Below, in pieces: positions 41,666 through 55,470 of a DNA stretch of 64,000 bases. Position 1 is the first letter of the stretch. Each line of letters starts with the position of its first letter. The stretch comes from the human T2T-CHM13v2.0 reference genome, Homo sapiens: the NCBI RefSeq assembly GCF_009914755.1, contig NC_060930.1. One strand, given 5' to 3'. Below the pieces are notes generated by a model. The model had not been told where the DNA came from, made no database searches, and saw only the letters and a program-made list of their open reading frames with translations. The position numbers and the translations under genes are program-made.

Positions 41666-44600
41666 TTAAATACATATTTTAAAAGGTAAACCATCTGAAG
41701 AGATATTCAGAAACTGTAAAATCAGAATTTATCTTATATATCAGTACTTTTTCATTTAGTTCTGCTTATTTTATGTAACACACCAAGTTGCTTCAGAGTT
41801 TGAAAAATGTCATGTTCTAAATAGGATCTAAACTCTAGTCATATATCCTGCCAACTCAACACATTCTTTGAGCTACTCAATCTTTTAGTGAATAGAGAAT
41901 AGATATCCCTTGGCCATGTCTACCTTAGAACCTCTTAAAGGTTTGTAAGGTATAATGAATGGGTAAGTACACACAACGTAACATAACAGGCCATCAGTGG
42001 GAAATATTTTTAGTGTTATTTGAGTGACAACCAATTCGTGGTGTAGCCTTCTTATTGTCTCCCTGATGTCTGATACAAGCTGGCAATCAGCAGTTCAGTA
42101 GAACAGAATTTCTGGAAAGGGTAGTTGAGTTGTAAATTCATGTCAGAGTTCTGGTTTTAAGAGAAGTATGACTGCTAATTTAACAAGCATTATAATCACC
42201 AATCCGTCACCATTTCAGAGGTAGATGCGTATGTAACTTCTTGATAAAAATTTTTCCATGACTCGGATTGCGTGTGAACTTGGGTGACTGAAAAGCATTT
42301 AATTGATTGAAAAGCATCAGCTAACAGGTAAAAGGTATACATGCTTTAATGTAGGTAAAGCAAACAACTTATTCATGCCCAGAGTAGGAGACATAAGCAG
42401 CACTTCCATTGGGATGGGGCCACACAAAGGGTGCACATCCACGACTAACTCCTTGATTGGGCTGAAGACTTCTTGGGCCCTTTAAAAAGGCTCACCTTTA
42501 TCATTCTAATGAAAGGCGGGCGTGTAGGTTATGCGCTGTTCTGGAGACCAGCCAAGTGGATGCCTGTTCACCAAGTAGAAATAACTGATAACAATCCCAT
42601 CATATTCCTGAATGTTTACTGCAAAGTTGTATGAATCAAAGATTAATTTTCCATGCTGCACATTTTTAATCCTTTCTTGCAGTGAGTGACTTTTCCTTCA
42701 CATGATCTTGGTATGTATTATATATGAGGGGGTTATGTGGAAGAAGAACGTGAGCTAATTAGCCAAAGAACAGAGAGATTGGAGGGTAAAAGCATTAAGG
42801 AGCCACACTCAGCTCCTTCATGGCAGTCTGCGTGTAGGGCCTCCAGGGCTGCTCTGCGGCCCAGCAAGTCAGTCTTCAAGGATTAATCAGCTGGCCCGAG
42901 GCCTCTAGTCTTTCACATCTTCTCCTGTCCTTCTCTTAGCCATTGAGATATTGAATACCCTAAAAGTAGAAGTAGCTCTGTTAGAGAGCTTTGTTACCCT
43001 CTAGCATGTTGACGATACATTTTGCTTCCTCCTCTGTGGTAAAGGCAGAGATGATGGATGCAGTGCAGCCTTTTGATTGCAATTAAAAAGGAGATTCTGC
43101 TTAGCATGGTGGTCAATTAGCTCTTTATGAAAAGGATTCTGACCTTTTATTTCATACAGATATTTAAAAATATGTGAGCCTTAAATGAATCTTAGCAACT
43201 AAAACTGAAACAAATGTACCATTTTAATTGGGTTTGGAAATACTGTACAAGATAAATTGTTTATAAAATGAGATATTTTTAAATGGCAGGGTTCACCTTA
43301 GGCCCCCAGGAGGATATTCTGAGGCAGGGTCTCTAAAGACATTCATATAGGAGAATGAAAGTCGTTTCCCCCCCGCTTTGGTGCTTTATTTTATTTTTTT
43401 TAAGAGAGAGAATAAAAAGTTTCTGGCATGAGATGGAAGATTCAGAATTGTCACCTCTACCTTTTCATGGTCAGTAGACTTTCATAGTCATTTGTCTTTA
43501 CCAAATAACTTTAGTCTTCAGATGTTTACATGTCATTTTAGATGCAAAGATCTTTGAAAGCAAGGCATACCAAAAAGGAGCTGAATCTATATCATATAAG
43601 CGGCTTGGGGCAGCACTATCTCTCAGAAGCTGTTGGATCCCATCCTGAAACCTGGTTCATTTGAAGCTCAAGCTAACTGGGATCTGGCTGTTTTGCTTTT
43701 GAGAAGTAAAACTACGGAGGTTGAAGTAAACAGGTTTGGTTTTAAGTATCAGATAGGTTGGAAATAAACCTAGATCACATTTCTCAATCTGGAATCACCA
43801 TACTATACTGTTAGTGTTCCAGAATTTCTCAAGTTTGAGAAACCTTGGCCTAAAGGAGTTTGCCAGTTATCTCTTCTCTGTATTTCTTTGTGTTTTGTTA
43901 ATAAAATTTTAAAAGGTATTGGGTCTTATTTCTACAAGGTATGTCTTATTCCTCTTAAAATCTGCTTCCTTACTAAAGGACAATCTTAAAGGACCGTAAG
44001 TATTATTTGGAAAGAATGAGATGATCTGAGGGTGTATAGAATCTCAGTGTTTTGTCTCACATCAATGATTTTTAGCAACTTGAAGATTAAAATTGTTCAT
44101 AGCCAGCTTTAAAACATACCTAAGGTCATGGAATGACCTAATTGGCCACTTTCTTCCTCTTTAACCTTTTCTATACACATTTGTGTTCTGGGTTGTAAAG
44201 GATTTATAATTTTCCCAAGGATTTGCCTCAGAAGGAGACACAAGAGGAGTATAATGTATTCATAAGGTAGAGTAGTAGTCAGAAGATAAAATGCATAAAT
44301 TAGATGCATATGTGTCAGCATGGATATACATAAAAACGAATTGAGGAAAAGCTAGTTATAGTGTAAGACATGCAGTACAGTACCATTTATGTAAATTTTA
44401 AAAATCAGTACTCTGTAGTGCATGGAAAAGTATAAGTATGTGGTCTACAAGGAGACATTCCAAAGTCATGATATTGGTTGTGTTTACAGAGCAGAAAAGC
44501 ACTAGGGAGGAGAACCGTAGCTTTATTAATAATACTTAAAAATTTTTATATGCATTCATATGCATAATGCAAATATGACTAATATTAAAATGAATTCTAA

Positions 44601-45009
44601 ATGGTGGACCAAGTGGTTATTAGGCATGTTTTCTGTGCTTTGTTTTTAATATTTTTGAAAATACATGCTTACTGTGAAAGAAAGCCGACTATTGTTCAGA
44701 AAACAATATTATTCTTCCTCATTCTCTCACCTGAATATTATTACTCTTAAACTTATGCATCTCTTGAGACATTGGGGAGAGAAATGGATTAAAAACTAGA
44801 AAAAAAACACTGAAAAATTTTATTTTTGTACAGTCAGTATATAAAGCATAGTACTTTATAAGCCTGCATTTTCTACTTTTTTTCGTTGTCTGTATGTAGA
44901 TACCTGCCTCAGCTCTTAAAGGACCTTCTGGTTGTTAACACTTACAGAAAAGGTTGTAGTGACTATTCTTGCATACACATCTTTTAAAATTTTTAAAAAT
45001 TCATTATAT

Positions 45010-46370
45010 ATTTTTCAAACTTTCAAATTGTGGTAAAATTCACTTAACATAAAAGTACTATCTTAACAATGCTTAACTATACAGCTCAGTATTTTTCTTT
45101 CTGTGACTGGCTTATTTCACTTAATATTCTTAAAGTTCATTCATATTGTAGCATTGGACAGAATTTCCTTGTTTTTTAAGATTGCACAACATCCTGTTGT
45201 ATGTATATACTACATTTTGTTTATACATTCATCTGTCAGTGGACACTTCAGTTGCTTCCATGTACGTATCTTTTTAAAACTTTAGTTTTGATGTGAAGTA
45301 CAGCATTTAAAAACATAAATCTTTTAATTTTGATACAATTTCAAACATATACAGAAAAGCAGCAAAAACTAATACAAGATCTCCAGTATGTCCTTTATAC
45401 AGATTCGGGAGTTGTTTATGTTTTGCCCCATTTGTTTTATTCTGTATGTATGTTTGTATGTACACACACCCACGTGCATATTTTTCTGAACCATTTGAGC
45501 ATAAGCTGAAGACATCAAGCCTTTTAATCCTTGAATATTTTCATGTATACTAAGAACAAGGACATTCTCTTAATTTAACCACAGTACAATTATCAAAATT
45601 AGGAAATCTAATATTGATAAACTTCTGTTATCTGATCCACAGTCTATATTCAAATTTCATCACTTGTCTCAGTAATATCCTTTTTAAAGATAACTATTCC
45701 CTGCTGCCGCCTGTGCCCCTCCCCCTGCCATCAAGTTCTAATTCATTTCTGGCATTTAGTTATGTCTCCTTAGTCACCTTTAGTGTGTGACAGTCCCTTA
45801 GCCTGTTTTTGTTTTTCTTGACCTTTGATATTAGTAAGGGGTACGGGCCAGTTATTTTGTAGAATGTCCCTCAGTTTGTGTTTGATGTTTCCTCATGATT
45901 AGATTGAAATTACGCATTTTAGGGAGCAATATCACAGAAGTAATGTGTGTCTGTAGTGCATAGTATCAGGAAGCATGTGATTAAGGTAGTGTGCTCATGT
46001 CTCTCCACTATAAAATTCCTGCATTCCCTTACTAATTAGTAAGAAATTGTGGAAGATACTTTGAGACTATATAAATGTCCTTTTCTTCATGGAAATTTCA
46101 CTTACTAGTTTTTTTTAGCATCTATTGATGACTTTTGTTAACTGCATAATTTCTTCTGTGTTTATTAGTTTGCTTTCCACTGTAAGAGCTTTTTCTTCTC
46201 CCTCATTCTTAAATTATATCATTATAAACCCATGGATTTCTATTTTATTTAGTAAGCTATCCATTACTAATTTCTATTGTTATTACTATTATTGATGCTC
46301 AGATTGTCCCAGATTTGGCTCCTGGGCATCCCTTCAAACTGATTTCTGTTTTGTGATGTCACCACTGTTT
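45010..46370 (-). mobile_element. old L1MB/L1MC 3' fragments
   Basis: ttgtggtaaaattcacttaacataaaa; aagaacaaggacattctct; ggccagttattttgtagaatgtccctcagtttg; attgtcccagatttggc. Confidence 0.8.
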
Positions 46371-46383
46371 TTTTATCTACTTT

Positions 46384-46384
46384 T

Positions 46385-46431
<47 letters not shown>

Positions 46432-46510
46432 TTCTTCTTCTTCTTCTTCTTCTCCTTCTCCTTCTCCTTCTCCTTCTCCTTCTCCTTTCTTCTTCTTCTT
46501 CTTCTTCTTC
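46384..46510. repeat. compound (TTC)8 CTC (TTC)14 (TCCTTC)5 TCCT (TTC)8 tract
   Basis: counted directly; abuts the Alu poly(T). Confidence 0.95.
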
Positions 46511-46816
46511 TTTTTTTTTTTTTTTTATATGAGACAGAGTCTTGCTCTGGGCCACTGTCATCCAGGCTGGGGTACAGTGACACAATCTCGCCTCACCGCA
46601 GCCTCTGCCTCCCAGGTTGAAGTGATTCTTGTGCCTCAGCCTCCCAAGTAGCTGGGACTATAAGTGTGCACACCACACACGGCTTTTTTTTGGGGGGGAG
46701 GGGGAGAGACAGGGTTTCACCTTGTTGACCAGTCTGGTCTTGAACTCCTGGCTGCAGGTGACCTGACCTCAGCCTCCCAAAGTGCTAGGATTACAGGTGT
46801 GAGCCACTGCCTGGCC
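46511..46816 (-). mobile_element. Alu (old, diverged)
   Basis: dimer with a G-run in the linker. Confidence 0.9.
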
Positions 46817-46997
46817 TAATATATATCTTTTGTACTTGTTTTGTTTTCCTTAAAATGATTTTCTTAAAATAGAATTTGCTGCATTAAAAAGGTTATGCAT
46901 TTAAAACAATGCATGGACTAAGTAAATCACACTTTTGGCCATTTTGAGGAGGAAAATAAAAGTATGCATGTCACATATAACTCCTTCTTGAGCTTGC

Positions 46998-47296
46998 TTT
47001 TTTTTTTTTTTTTTGAGATGGAGTTTCGCTCTTGTCACTCAGGCTGGAGTGCAGTGGCGCCATCTCGGCTCACTGCAACTCCACCTCCCGGGTTCAAGCA
47101 ATTCTCCTGCTTCAGCCTCTTGAGTAGCTGGGATTATAGGCGCCCACCACCATGCCTAGCTAATCTTTGTATTTTTAGTAGAGATGGGGTTTTGCCATGT
47201 TGGCCAGGCTGGTCTTGAACTCCTGAGCTCAAGTGATCCACCTGCCTCAGCCTCCCAAAGTGCTGGGATCGCAAACTTGGACCACTGCACCTGGTC
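46998..47296 (-). mobile_element. Alu (AluSq-like)
   Basis: gagtttcgctcttgtc; TSD gagct(t)gctttt. Confidence 0.94.
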
Positions 47297-48048
47297 GAGC
47301 TGCTTTTTAAGACCTCTCTTTTAAAGGAAATTTTGTCATTATTGGCTCTCACAAGAAACATACGCAAGAAAGGAAGGTAAGAAAAAGAAGAGTATCTTTT
47401 CAGTGCCATTCAGGACTAATAGTTCACAACTATCTGAATGGTTGAACTAGGTTTATAGGGTGTATTTTCAAGAATAGATGGTTAACAAAATAGATCATTT
47501 ATATTAAGTAATAAAAACCTACTTGAGAAAGTCATAGATTAGCGTTCATGGTGGGAGACGTTTCCCTTTTCAAATCAGACATTTCTGTATGTTTCTCACT
47601 TGAGCTCCTGCCAAGGATGCCCAGGACAGGTTGATATCTTCCCTTCTGTGCCTCACTTTGCTCGGATAAAAAAATAATGTATTAGATCATTGGTATTATA
47701 ATCTTTTTGACTACAGCCTACATTAAGAAATATATTTTTTATTGTGATCTAATATACACATAAGTGTGCATAATAAATATATATTACAAAGTCAGAAGTT
47801 TTATAAGAGACAGTTTAACCTTACTGTGTGTAGTGCATGCTGATATTTCCTTTTCTGTTGTTTCTCTCATCTCGTCTTGTCTTGTCTTGTTTTTTCCTTC
47901 TTCCTCCCTCCGTATCTCCCTTTTCCCTTTCTACTGCCACCCTGTGAGCCACCATGCCCAGCCCTCTATTCTGTTTATTTAAAATGTTGCTAATACCATT
48001 GACCTTGATTTTAGGTTAAAAAAAAAAAGAACTCGTAGTAGATTTTTG

Positions 48049-48315
48049 CCTCTCCTCTCTCCTCCCCCTCTCCTCTGCTCCCCTTCCCTCTCCTCCCTTT
48101 CTCTTCTCTCCCCTTCTCTCCTATCCCCTCCCCGTCTCTTCTCTCCCCTCCACCTTTTTCTTTTAGCTTTTCTCTTTTCTTCCTCCCTTCCTCCCTCCCT
48201 CTCTCCTTTTCTCCCCTCTCCCCTTTTCTCCCCTCTTCCTCCTTCCCCTCTTCCCCCTTCCCCTCTTCCCCTTCACCTCCCTCTCTTCCTTTCCCTCTCC
48301 CGCTCTTCCCCTTTC
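48049..48315. repeat. CT-rich low-complexity polypyrimidine tract
   Basis: about 265 bp almost entirely C/T. Confidence 0.95.
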
Positions 48316-48625
48316 AACATGGTCTTGCTCTGTCACCTAGATGGAGTGTAGTGGCATGACCTTGGGTCACCACTGCCTTGATCTCCAGGGTCCAAGGACT
48401 CCTCCTGCCTCAGTCTCCTGAGTAGCTAAGACTAAAGGTGCAGGCTCATGTCACCACACCCAGCTTGCTTGCTTGCTCGCTTGCTTATTTATTTATTTAT
48501 TTATTTATTTAGAGACGAAGTCTCACTGTTGCTCAGGCTGGTCTCAAACTCCTGGCCTCAGGTAGTCCTCCCACCTTGACCTCCCAAAGTGCTGGAATTA
48601 CAGGTGTGAGCCCCTGCGCCTAGCC
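48316..48625 (-). mobile_element. Alu (AluJ-like) with (GCTT)n/(ATTT)n linker
   Basis: diverged dimer; TSD agtagatt at 48037 and 48628. Confidence 0.88.
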
Positions 48626-49736
48626 CAAGTAGATTATTTCTAAAAGCCCTTCATCTACAGAATTACATGAGTATATTCTGTGAAACTATTTTTAAATGAC
48701 ACAATAAAAAAAATTCTGGGACAAGGTCTGTCAGGGCCAACAGTCAAAAATAACAGCTTCTCTTGTATACGTAATTGTGGCCATCTCAACAAAAACTAAT
48801 CCAATAAAAAAGCATTCCAAAGTCTTTAATCTGTTCTTCTGAATACAGTCACTACTAGTATAAGCTAATTTTGGTGTTTTTGTTTTCTCCTTTAAACTGA
48901 CCCTTTTCACACTTTTCCTTACACCCATAGCAGTACACTAATTACTGTCTTTGGTGCATTTATTTCTGGCCATGACTAGTTAATGGAGAAGATTTATTTA
49001 ATTTAAAAAACATATTGCTGGATTTTAATTTGGTTGAAAGTAAGTCTAGTTAACACTCTTACTTTTTTTTTTTTAGATTGGCAGGGTAACGTTTTTAGTT
49101 TGTCTGAAATGAATGAAATTGGTCCTTTGGCCATCTTGCAGAAGAACTTGAGCGCCTGAGTGCTAGAGCCACAGTTCACTCTTGACTAGGCATCTTTAAT
49201 GTCTCAGCAAGACCTTTGCTGCAGAGATGGTAATTTTCCTTGTCGCTCTTAGTTTTAGTTTTTCTTTCTAGGAAAAAAGATGAATGGAATCTAACTATCG
49301 AATTGATAAACAGTATTAAAAGAGGAATTGGGAATGTGCTGCAGCCTTTCTTGACATGCTAGTTTTTCCCTTGAGTTTGCACTACAGTGTTTTTCACATA
49401 CAGAGCTAAGCGAAATGGTAAATCACTTTCATGAAATGGGAGTTTTGGGGCTGTTTGTGCGGAAGATATTTTTGCGAAGATGCAAAAGTAATTACTGTTT
49501 CTTTTTTGAGCCAGTCTTTTTAGATTTGTATGATTTCTGCTGAGACAATTGAAGTATAAAGTGTTAAGGAAATTGTACTGCTTTTGTTATATTGTAGCTA
49601 GCCTCCAAAGCGTCTTCTGTTGATTTTTGTCTGTGGTTTTTCAACTCCTCCTGTTTTTAGATCTGTTACTTAGACTTGGCATGTCTTACCTTAAAACCTG
49701 TTTAGTTATAGCTGTCATCTCCCCATGTGGAAATTC

Positions 49737-49738
49737 TT

Positions 49739-49789
<51 letters not shown>

Positions 49790-50075
49790 TTGAGATGGAA
49801 TCTCACTCTGTCGCCCAGACTGGAGTGTTAGTGGCGGGATCTTGGCTCACTGCAACCTCCGCCTCCTGGGTTTAAGCAGTCCTCCTGCTTCAGCCTCCCA
49901 AGTACCTGGGATTACAGGTGCATGCCACTATGCCCGGCTAATTTTTGTATTTTTAGTAGAGATGGAGGTTTTGCCATATTTGCCAGGCTGGTCTCAAACT
50001 CCTGACCTCAAGTGATCCACCCAGCTCGGCCTTCCAAAGTAGTGGGATTGCAGATTTGAGCCACTGTGCCCGGCC
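49737..50075 (-). mobile_element. Alu (AluS) with (ATTT)n tail
   Basis: TSD atgt(g/c)gaaattct. Confidence 0.95.
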
Positions 50076-51727
50076 ATTCCTATGTCGAAATTCTAATACA
50101 TTAGTTGATATTTCTTATGCATGCATTCTTTGCCTTGAAAGATAAAATGAAATAAGAATCTAATCATAGTTCCTTATATAGGAATTCTAATGCAGTTCAT
50201 GTAAAATTTTGTTCCTAATTTGATATACATTTTTTCTAGCAATTTTTCTTCCTTTTAATCAGTAGTCTTCACTTAAATATTGATACAGATATAAATATAT
50301 ATTATCTCAAATGTTTATGAAATCTCCCACATAAAATAAGATTATGGTATTTTATTTAACACTACCTCTTTCTAATAAGAGTAGTTGAGTAAAAAATATC
50401 ATATATAGATTACAATAGTTTTCTTTTTAAAATGATGATATCAGGACAAAGGGAAAATACAGATTGAGTAGTAAGACCAAGATGAGGAATTTGAACACAG
50501 AAATCCATATATAAACATCTATATAATCATTAAAGACAGTGCAGATTGAAATCTGAGCTTCCTAGGGATCAAAGCAAAAATGGAAATACTGTGTAAGCAG
50601 TTCAAAGATCATTGTGTTATGAACTCTAAAGTGGTTAGCGAGAAGAGTTGCGAACAGTGTTCTCAGTAACAGCTCTTCAAAAAGTGTTTTTTACATGGCT
50701 TTTTCTTATACCATCCCTCATTATAGAAGCCAAGGGCGTTATATTTGAAAAGTAAGTACCGGTGATGATGACTGAACTATATCTCATTTTCCTTTTGCCC
50801 ATTTGTCAGAATTAATGGTAAGCACCATCTCTCAGACTAATGCAAGATCTAAGCCTAATAAATTGCCTAAATGAGAAAAAAAATTATAAAGGATTTTTGA
50901 TCTATAAGACTTCCTATTGAGCTGCATGGAATAAGAGTAAGAGATAATGGGAGTTGTCGTCTACATAGAACTTGATCGTTTAATTTGTTTAGTGCTATCT
51001 GAAGGAATTTGCCTATATCACATGCTATTAAATATTTGAAAGATAATTTCAGAATGGATAACTTCTGCCTCTTCCGCTGTTCCATTCAAGACATAATTAC
51101 CCATGCTTGCAAGTGAAGTAAAAAGCATATTCCCAAATGAAAAATATTTCTAAAATGTGTTAGTTATACCCAATTTCACTTGTCTTAAGTGAAATTTAGA
51201 CAAACCAGATTGGATTAACTAGGTATGAGGCAGTTCATTCCTAAGAAGGGCTTTGTAATAATTTGTTTTCTCTGTTTGATAGGGAGCTATAAATAAAAAA
51301 ATTTAATACATTGACTTAGTAACCGGTGTCCATTTGAGAATCAGGAATGAGCCTGACTCGTAATCAGTAAAAGATAAAACCAACATGTCGTGGTCCTATT
51401 AATTTAAAACACAAAATTTTGAGTCAGGGTTAGATTATCTGATATTTTATAAAGAACAAGGATTTTAGTTGCTTGGAAATACAGTTGTTTCAGACAAAAC
51501 TTTATTTTCAGTAAGCCAGTATCTGCTTAATATGGTTTTATGGCATTCATACACTCAGATTTTTATTAACGCTATTACAGAATTTAGTACAGCCTGGTAG
51601 AAAGTTCAGTTGATACCCCAGCCCACATTGTCTAGTAATCAGCAGCTGGGAAAATCAGAGTTAGAGCTAAAGTGTACTGATCTAGTATTATAATTAGTAA
51701 TGGCTATATGTTTGAAATACGACTTCT

Positions 51728-52020
51728 GGCCAGGTGCGGTGGTTCACCCCTGTAATCCCAGCATTTTGGGAGGTATGCGGATCACTTGAGGTCAGGAGTT
51801 CAAGACCAGCCTGGCCAACATGGTGAAACCCCGTTTCTACTAAAAATACGAAAATTAGCTGAGTGGTGGCACACACTTGTAATCCCAGCTACTCAGGAGG
51901 CTGAGGCAGGAGAATCACTTGAACACAGGCGGCGGAGGTTGCAGTGAGCCAAGATCACGCCACTGCACTCCAGCCTGGGCAACAGAGGGAGACTCTGTCT
52001 CAAAAAAAAAAAAAAGAAAA
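51728..52020 (+). mobile_element. Alu (AluS)
   Basis: TSD gaaata(cg/tt)acttct. Confidence 0.95.
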
Positions 52021-52229
52021 GAAATATTACTTCTTTCAAACCCAATCTGACTTTTTCTTTGGCCCTTTTGGTCTGTGATCTGTGATGCTTTGCAGAATAT
52101 AGTATCTTTATTCCTTTATCTGAGAGGGAAAATGTGCCTATATGCATATACAATATTGCATATAGTTTAATAAGATTACTCAAAATTACATGCAAAAGTT
52201 TTCTGTGCACACACACTATGAATCCCAGA

Positions 52230-52605
52230 TTATTGTCCCCACATATTTGGTGCCCCTCCCAGTGTGAGGCTCATACTTCCCTGTCCTGATCATCAGGCTC
52301 AGCTACGTGACTTCTTTTAGCCAATAAAATGTTAATGAAAAATTTATTTGGCTTTTATGACCAGAAACTTTAAGAGCTGTTAGGTGGTTCCATTTCTCTT
52401 TTCCCTTTGCAGTGATACCAGCAGTGTTCCATTAAGGGCCACTCCTTCATTCTGGGTTCCTGGAATGAAGATACGTGGAGCAGAGCTGCTGTCTACCCTC
52501 AGTAGACCTATAATGTGATCAAAACAAATAAACCATTGTTATAAAGCCTGTAGATTATAGGGTCATTCGTTTTTGCAGGTAAATTAGCCTAAGCTGACTG
52601 ATAAT
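52230..52605 (+). mobile_element. MLT1 (MaLR) solo LTR
   Basis: gtgacttcttttagccaataaaatgt...gtggagcagagc...aaataaacc...tagcctaagctgactgata. Confidence 0.75.
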
Positions 52606-52642
52606 AAGAACCGTAGGTTAAGAAGATCTGTTCCAGACCTAG

Positions 52643-52990
52643 GTTTTTGGGTTTTTTTTGTTTTTTTTTTTTTTTACTTTTTGTGTGTGTTTGTTTATTT
52701 ATTTATTTTTGCAACAGGGTCTCACTCTGTTGTCCAGGCTGGAGTGCAGTGGTACAGTCATGGCTCATTGCAGCCTCACCCTCCCTGGGCTCAGGTGATC
52801 CTCCTACCTCAGCCTCCTGAGTAGCTGGGACTACAGGCGCGCACCATTATGCCTGGCCAATTTTTGTATTTTATGTAGATACAGGGTTTCGCCATGTCCA
52901 GGATGGTCTTGAACTCCTGAGCTCAAGCTATCTGCCCACCTCCGCCCCTCAAAGTGCTAGGATTACAGGCATGAGCCACCATGCCCGGCC
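52643..52990 (-). mobile_element. Alu (AluJ-like)
   Basis: ctgggctcaggtgatcctcc; ends cccggcc. Confidence 0.93.
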
Positions 52991-53027
52991 CCAACATTTT
53001 TTTATTGGTCATTAAAAAATATATTCA

Positions 53028-53384
<357 letters not shown>

Positions 53385-53658
53385 TCACAACAATCCTACA
53401 CAGGTTTTAACGTTTTTGCAGTTGAGGAAACTGAAATAAAAGTAAGTAACTTTCTTATGGTCATGCAGTTTCTAAGTAGCTTAGGCAGGATTCAAACAGG
53501 TCTGTCTGATTCTTTGTGTATTATACCTCTAAACTTTCCTGTTTGTTCCTTGCATTTATTTCACATATATCTGATCAATCATTTCTTTACTGATATGCAG
53601 AATCAATAATGCAGTTTTCAAAACTTTTATATAATAAGTTCATTTGTCTCTGTTTAAA

Positions 53659-53870
53659 TCAAGGGTCTTACATTTTTGGCTTTCAAGGCACAGACGTCTT
53701 GTATTTGGAGGTTTTTATTTTTTTTACATTTGAAATCACATGCCTTTAGGTGAGACTTACACTTGCCAGTTAGCCACAATGACTAGCACTCCCTGTTGTG
53801 TTAGGCCACCTAACTTCACACATTCATGATACCCACCTGGTCCCTGAAAACTTTCGTATTTGTATCCCCA
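53659..53870. mobile_element. hAT-Charlie MITE (MER102-like)
   Basis: caagggtc...cacctggtccctgaa...tttgtatcccc termini. Confidence 0.45.
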
Positions 53871-53999
53871 GGATTGGCTTGTTAGTGTACATTGTTAATG
53901 AAGCCAAAGACTTCGCTATAATTCATACCAGAGAAATTATTTTCATTGCATTAGTCTCAAGCTAGCAACTTTTTAAGAAGTCGGAAGAGGAATAGCAAT

Positions 54000-54210
54000 C
54001 ATGGTTAATCCAAGATTTACTATATGTCAGGCACCGTTCTAAGACTTCCACATGTATTATCTGATCTGCAAAATAACTTTATTAGGTAGATAGTATTATT
54101 ATTCTCATTTGTAGGGAGAAAACTAGAGCAAGAGAAGTTAAGTAACTTGCCCAAGGTTACACAGCAATTAAGAAATAGAGCCAGGATTTGAACTCAGGCA
54201 GTCTGGTTAC
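54000..54210 (-). mobile_element. MIR
   Basis: agagaagttaagtaacttgcccaaggttacacagc...gagccaggatttgaactcaggcagtctg. Confidence 0.85.
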
Positions 54211-54651
54211 ACACACCCTACTGGGACAGAGGATATGTAGGTTAGTTGTGCATGAGCTTTTCTCACTAGTGGAGAAAGCTTTTGTATCAGTAGTTGATAG
54301 CCTTAATATGGAGATAGATACCTTTTAGGAATTGTGAATTATATAAACATCATGTATTCTGATACCTTGGATTCACTGGATAAAAATTAGTCAGTTAGCC
54401 CTAATCTTGGGAAGATCATTGTCATCTTCTCTGAACATCCCCCTGATATGCTTTAATAGATGTAAGAAGAAAGTGTTAGTAAGCCCATCATTTCATCCTT
54501 CAAAAAAATATATCTTAGAAGTTTGAACCACTACTTGGTCTTTTACTCTTTGGGAAAGAGATTGACTCTCCTCGCTCCCCCACCCCCACCCCCACCCCCT
54601 CCCCCTCACACCCACCCCGTCTTCATTCACCACTTTTGAGTAGGCAATTAA

Positions 54652-55470
<819 letters not shown>

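Noticed and set aside
43771-43852. tttctcaa-gt-ttgagaaa palindrome
   Set aside because: Likely a collapsed MER5/hAT remnant; too short to call.
46373-46585. Poly-R/K/E ORFs
   Set aside because: Translations of the GAA repeat and Alu tail.
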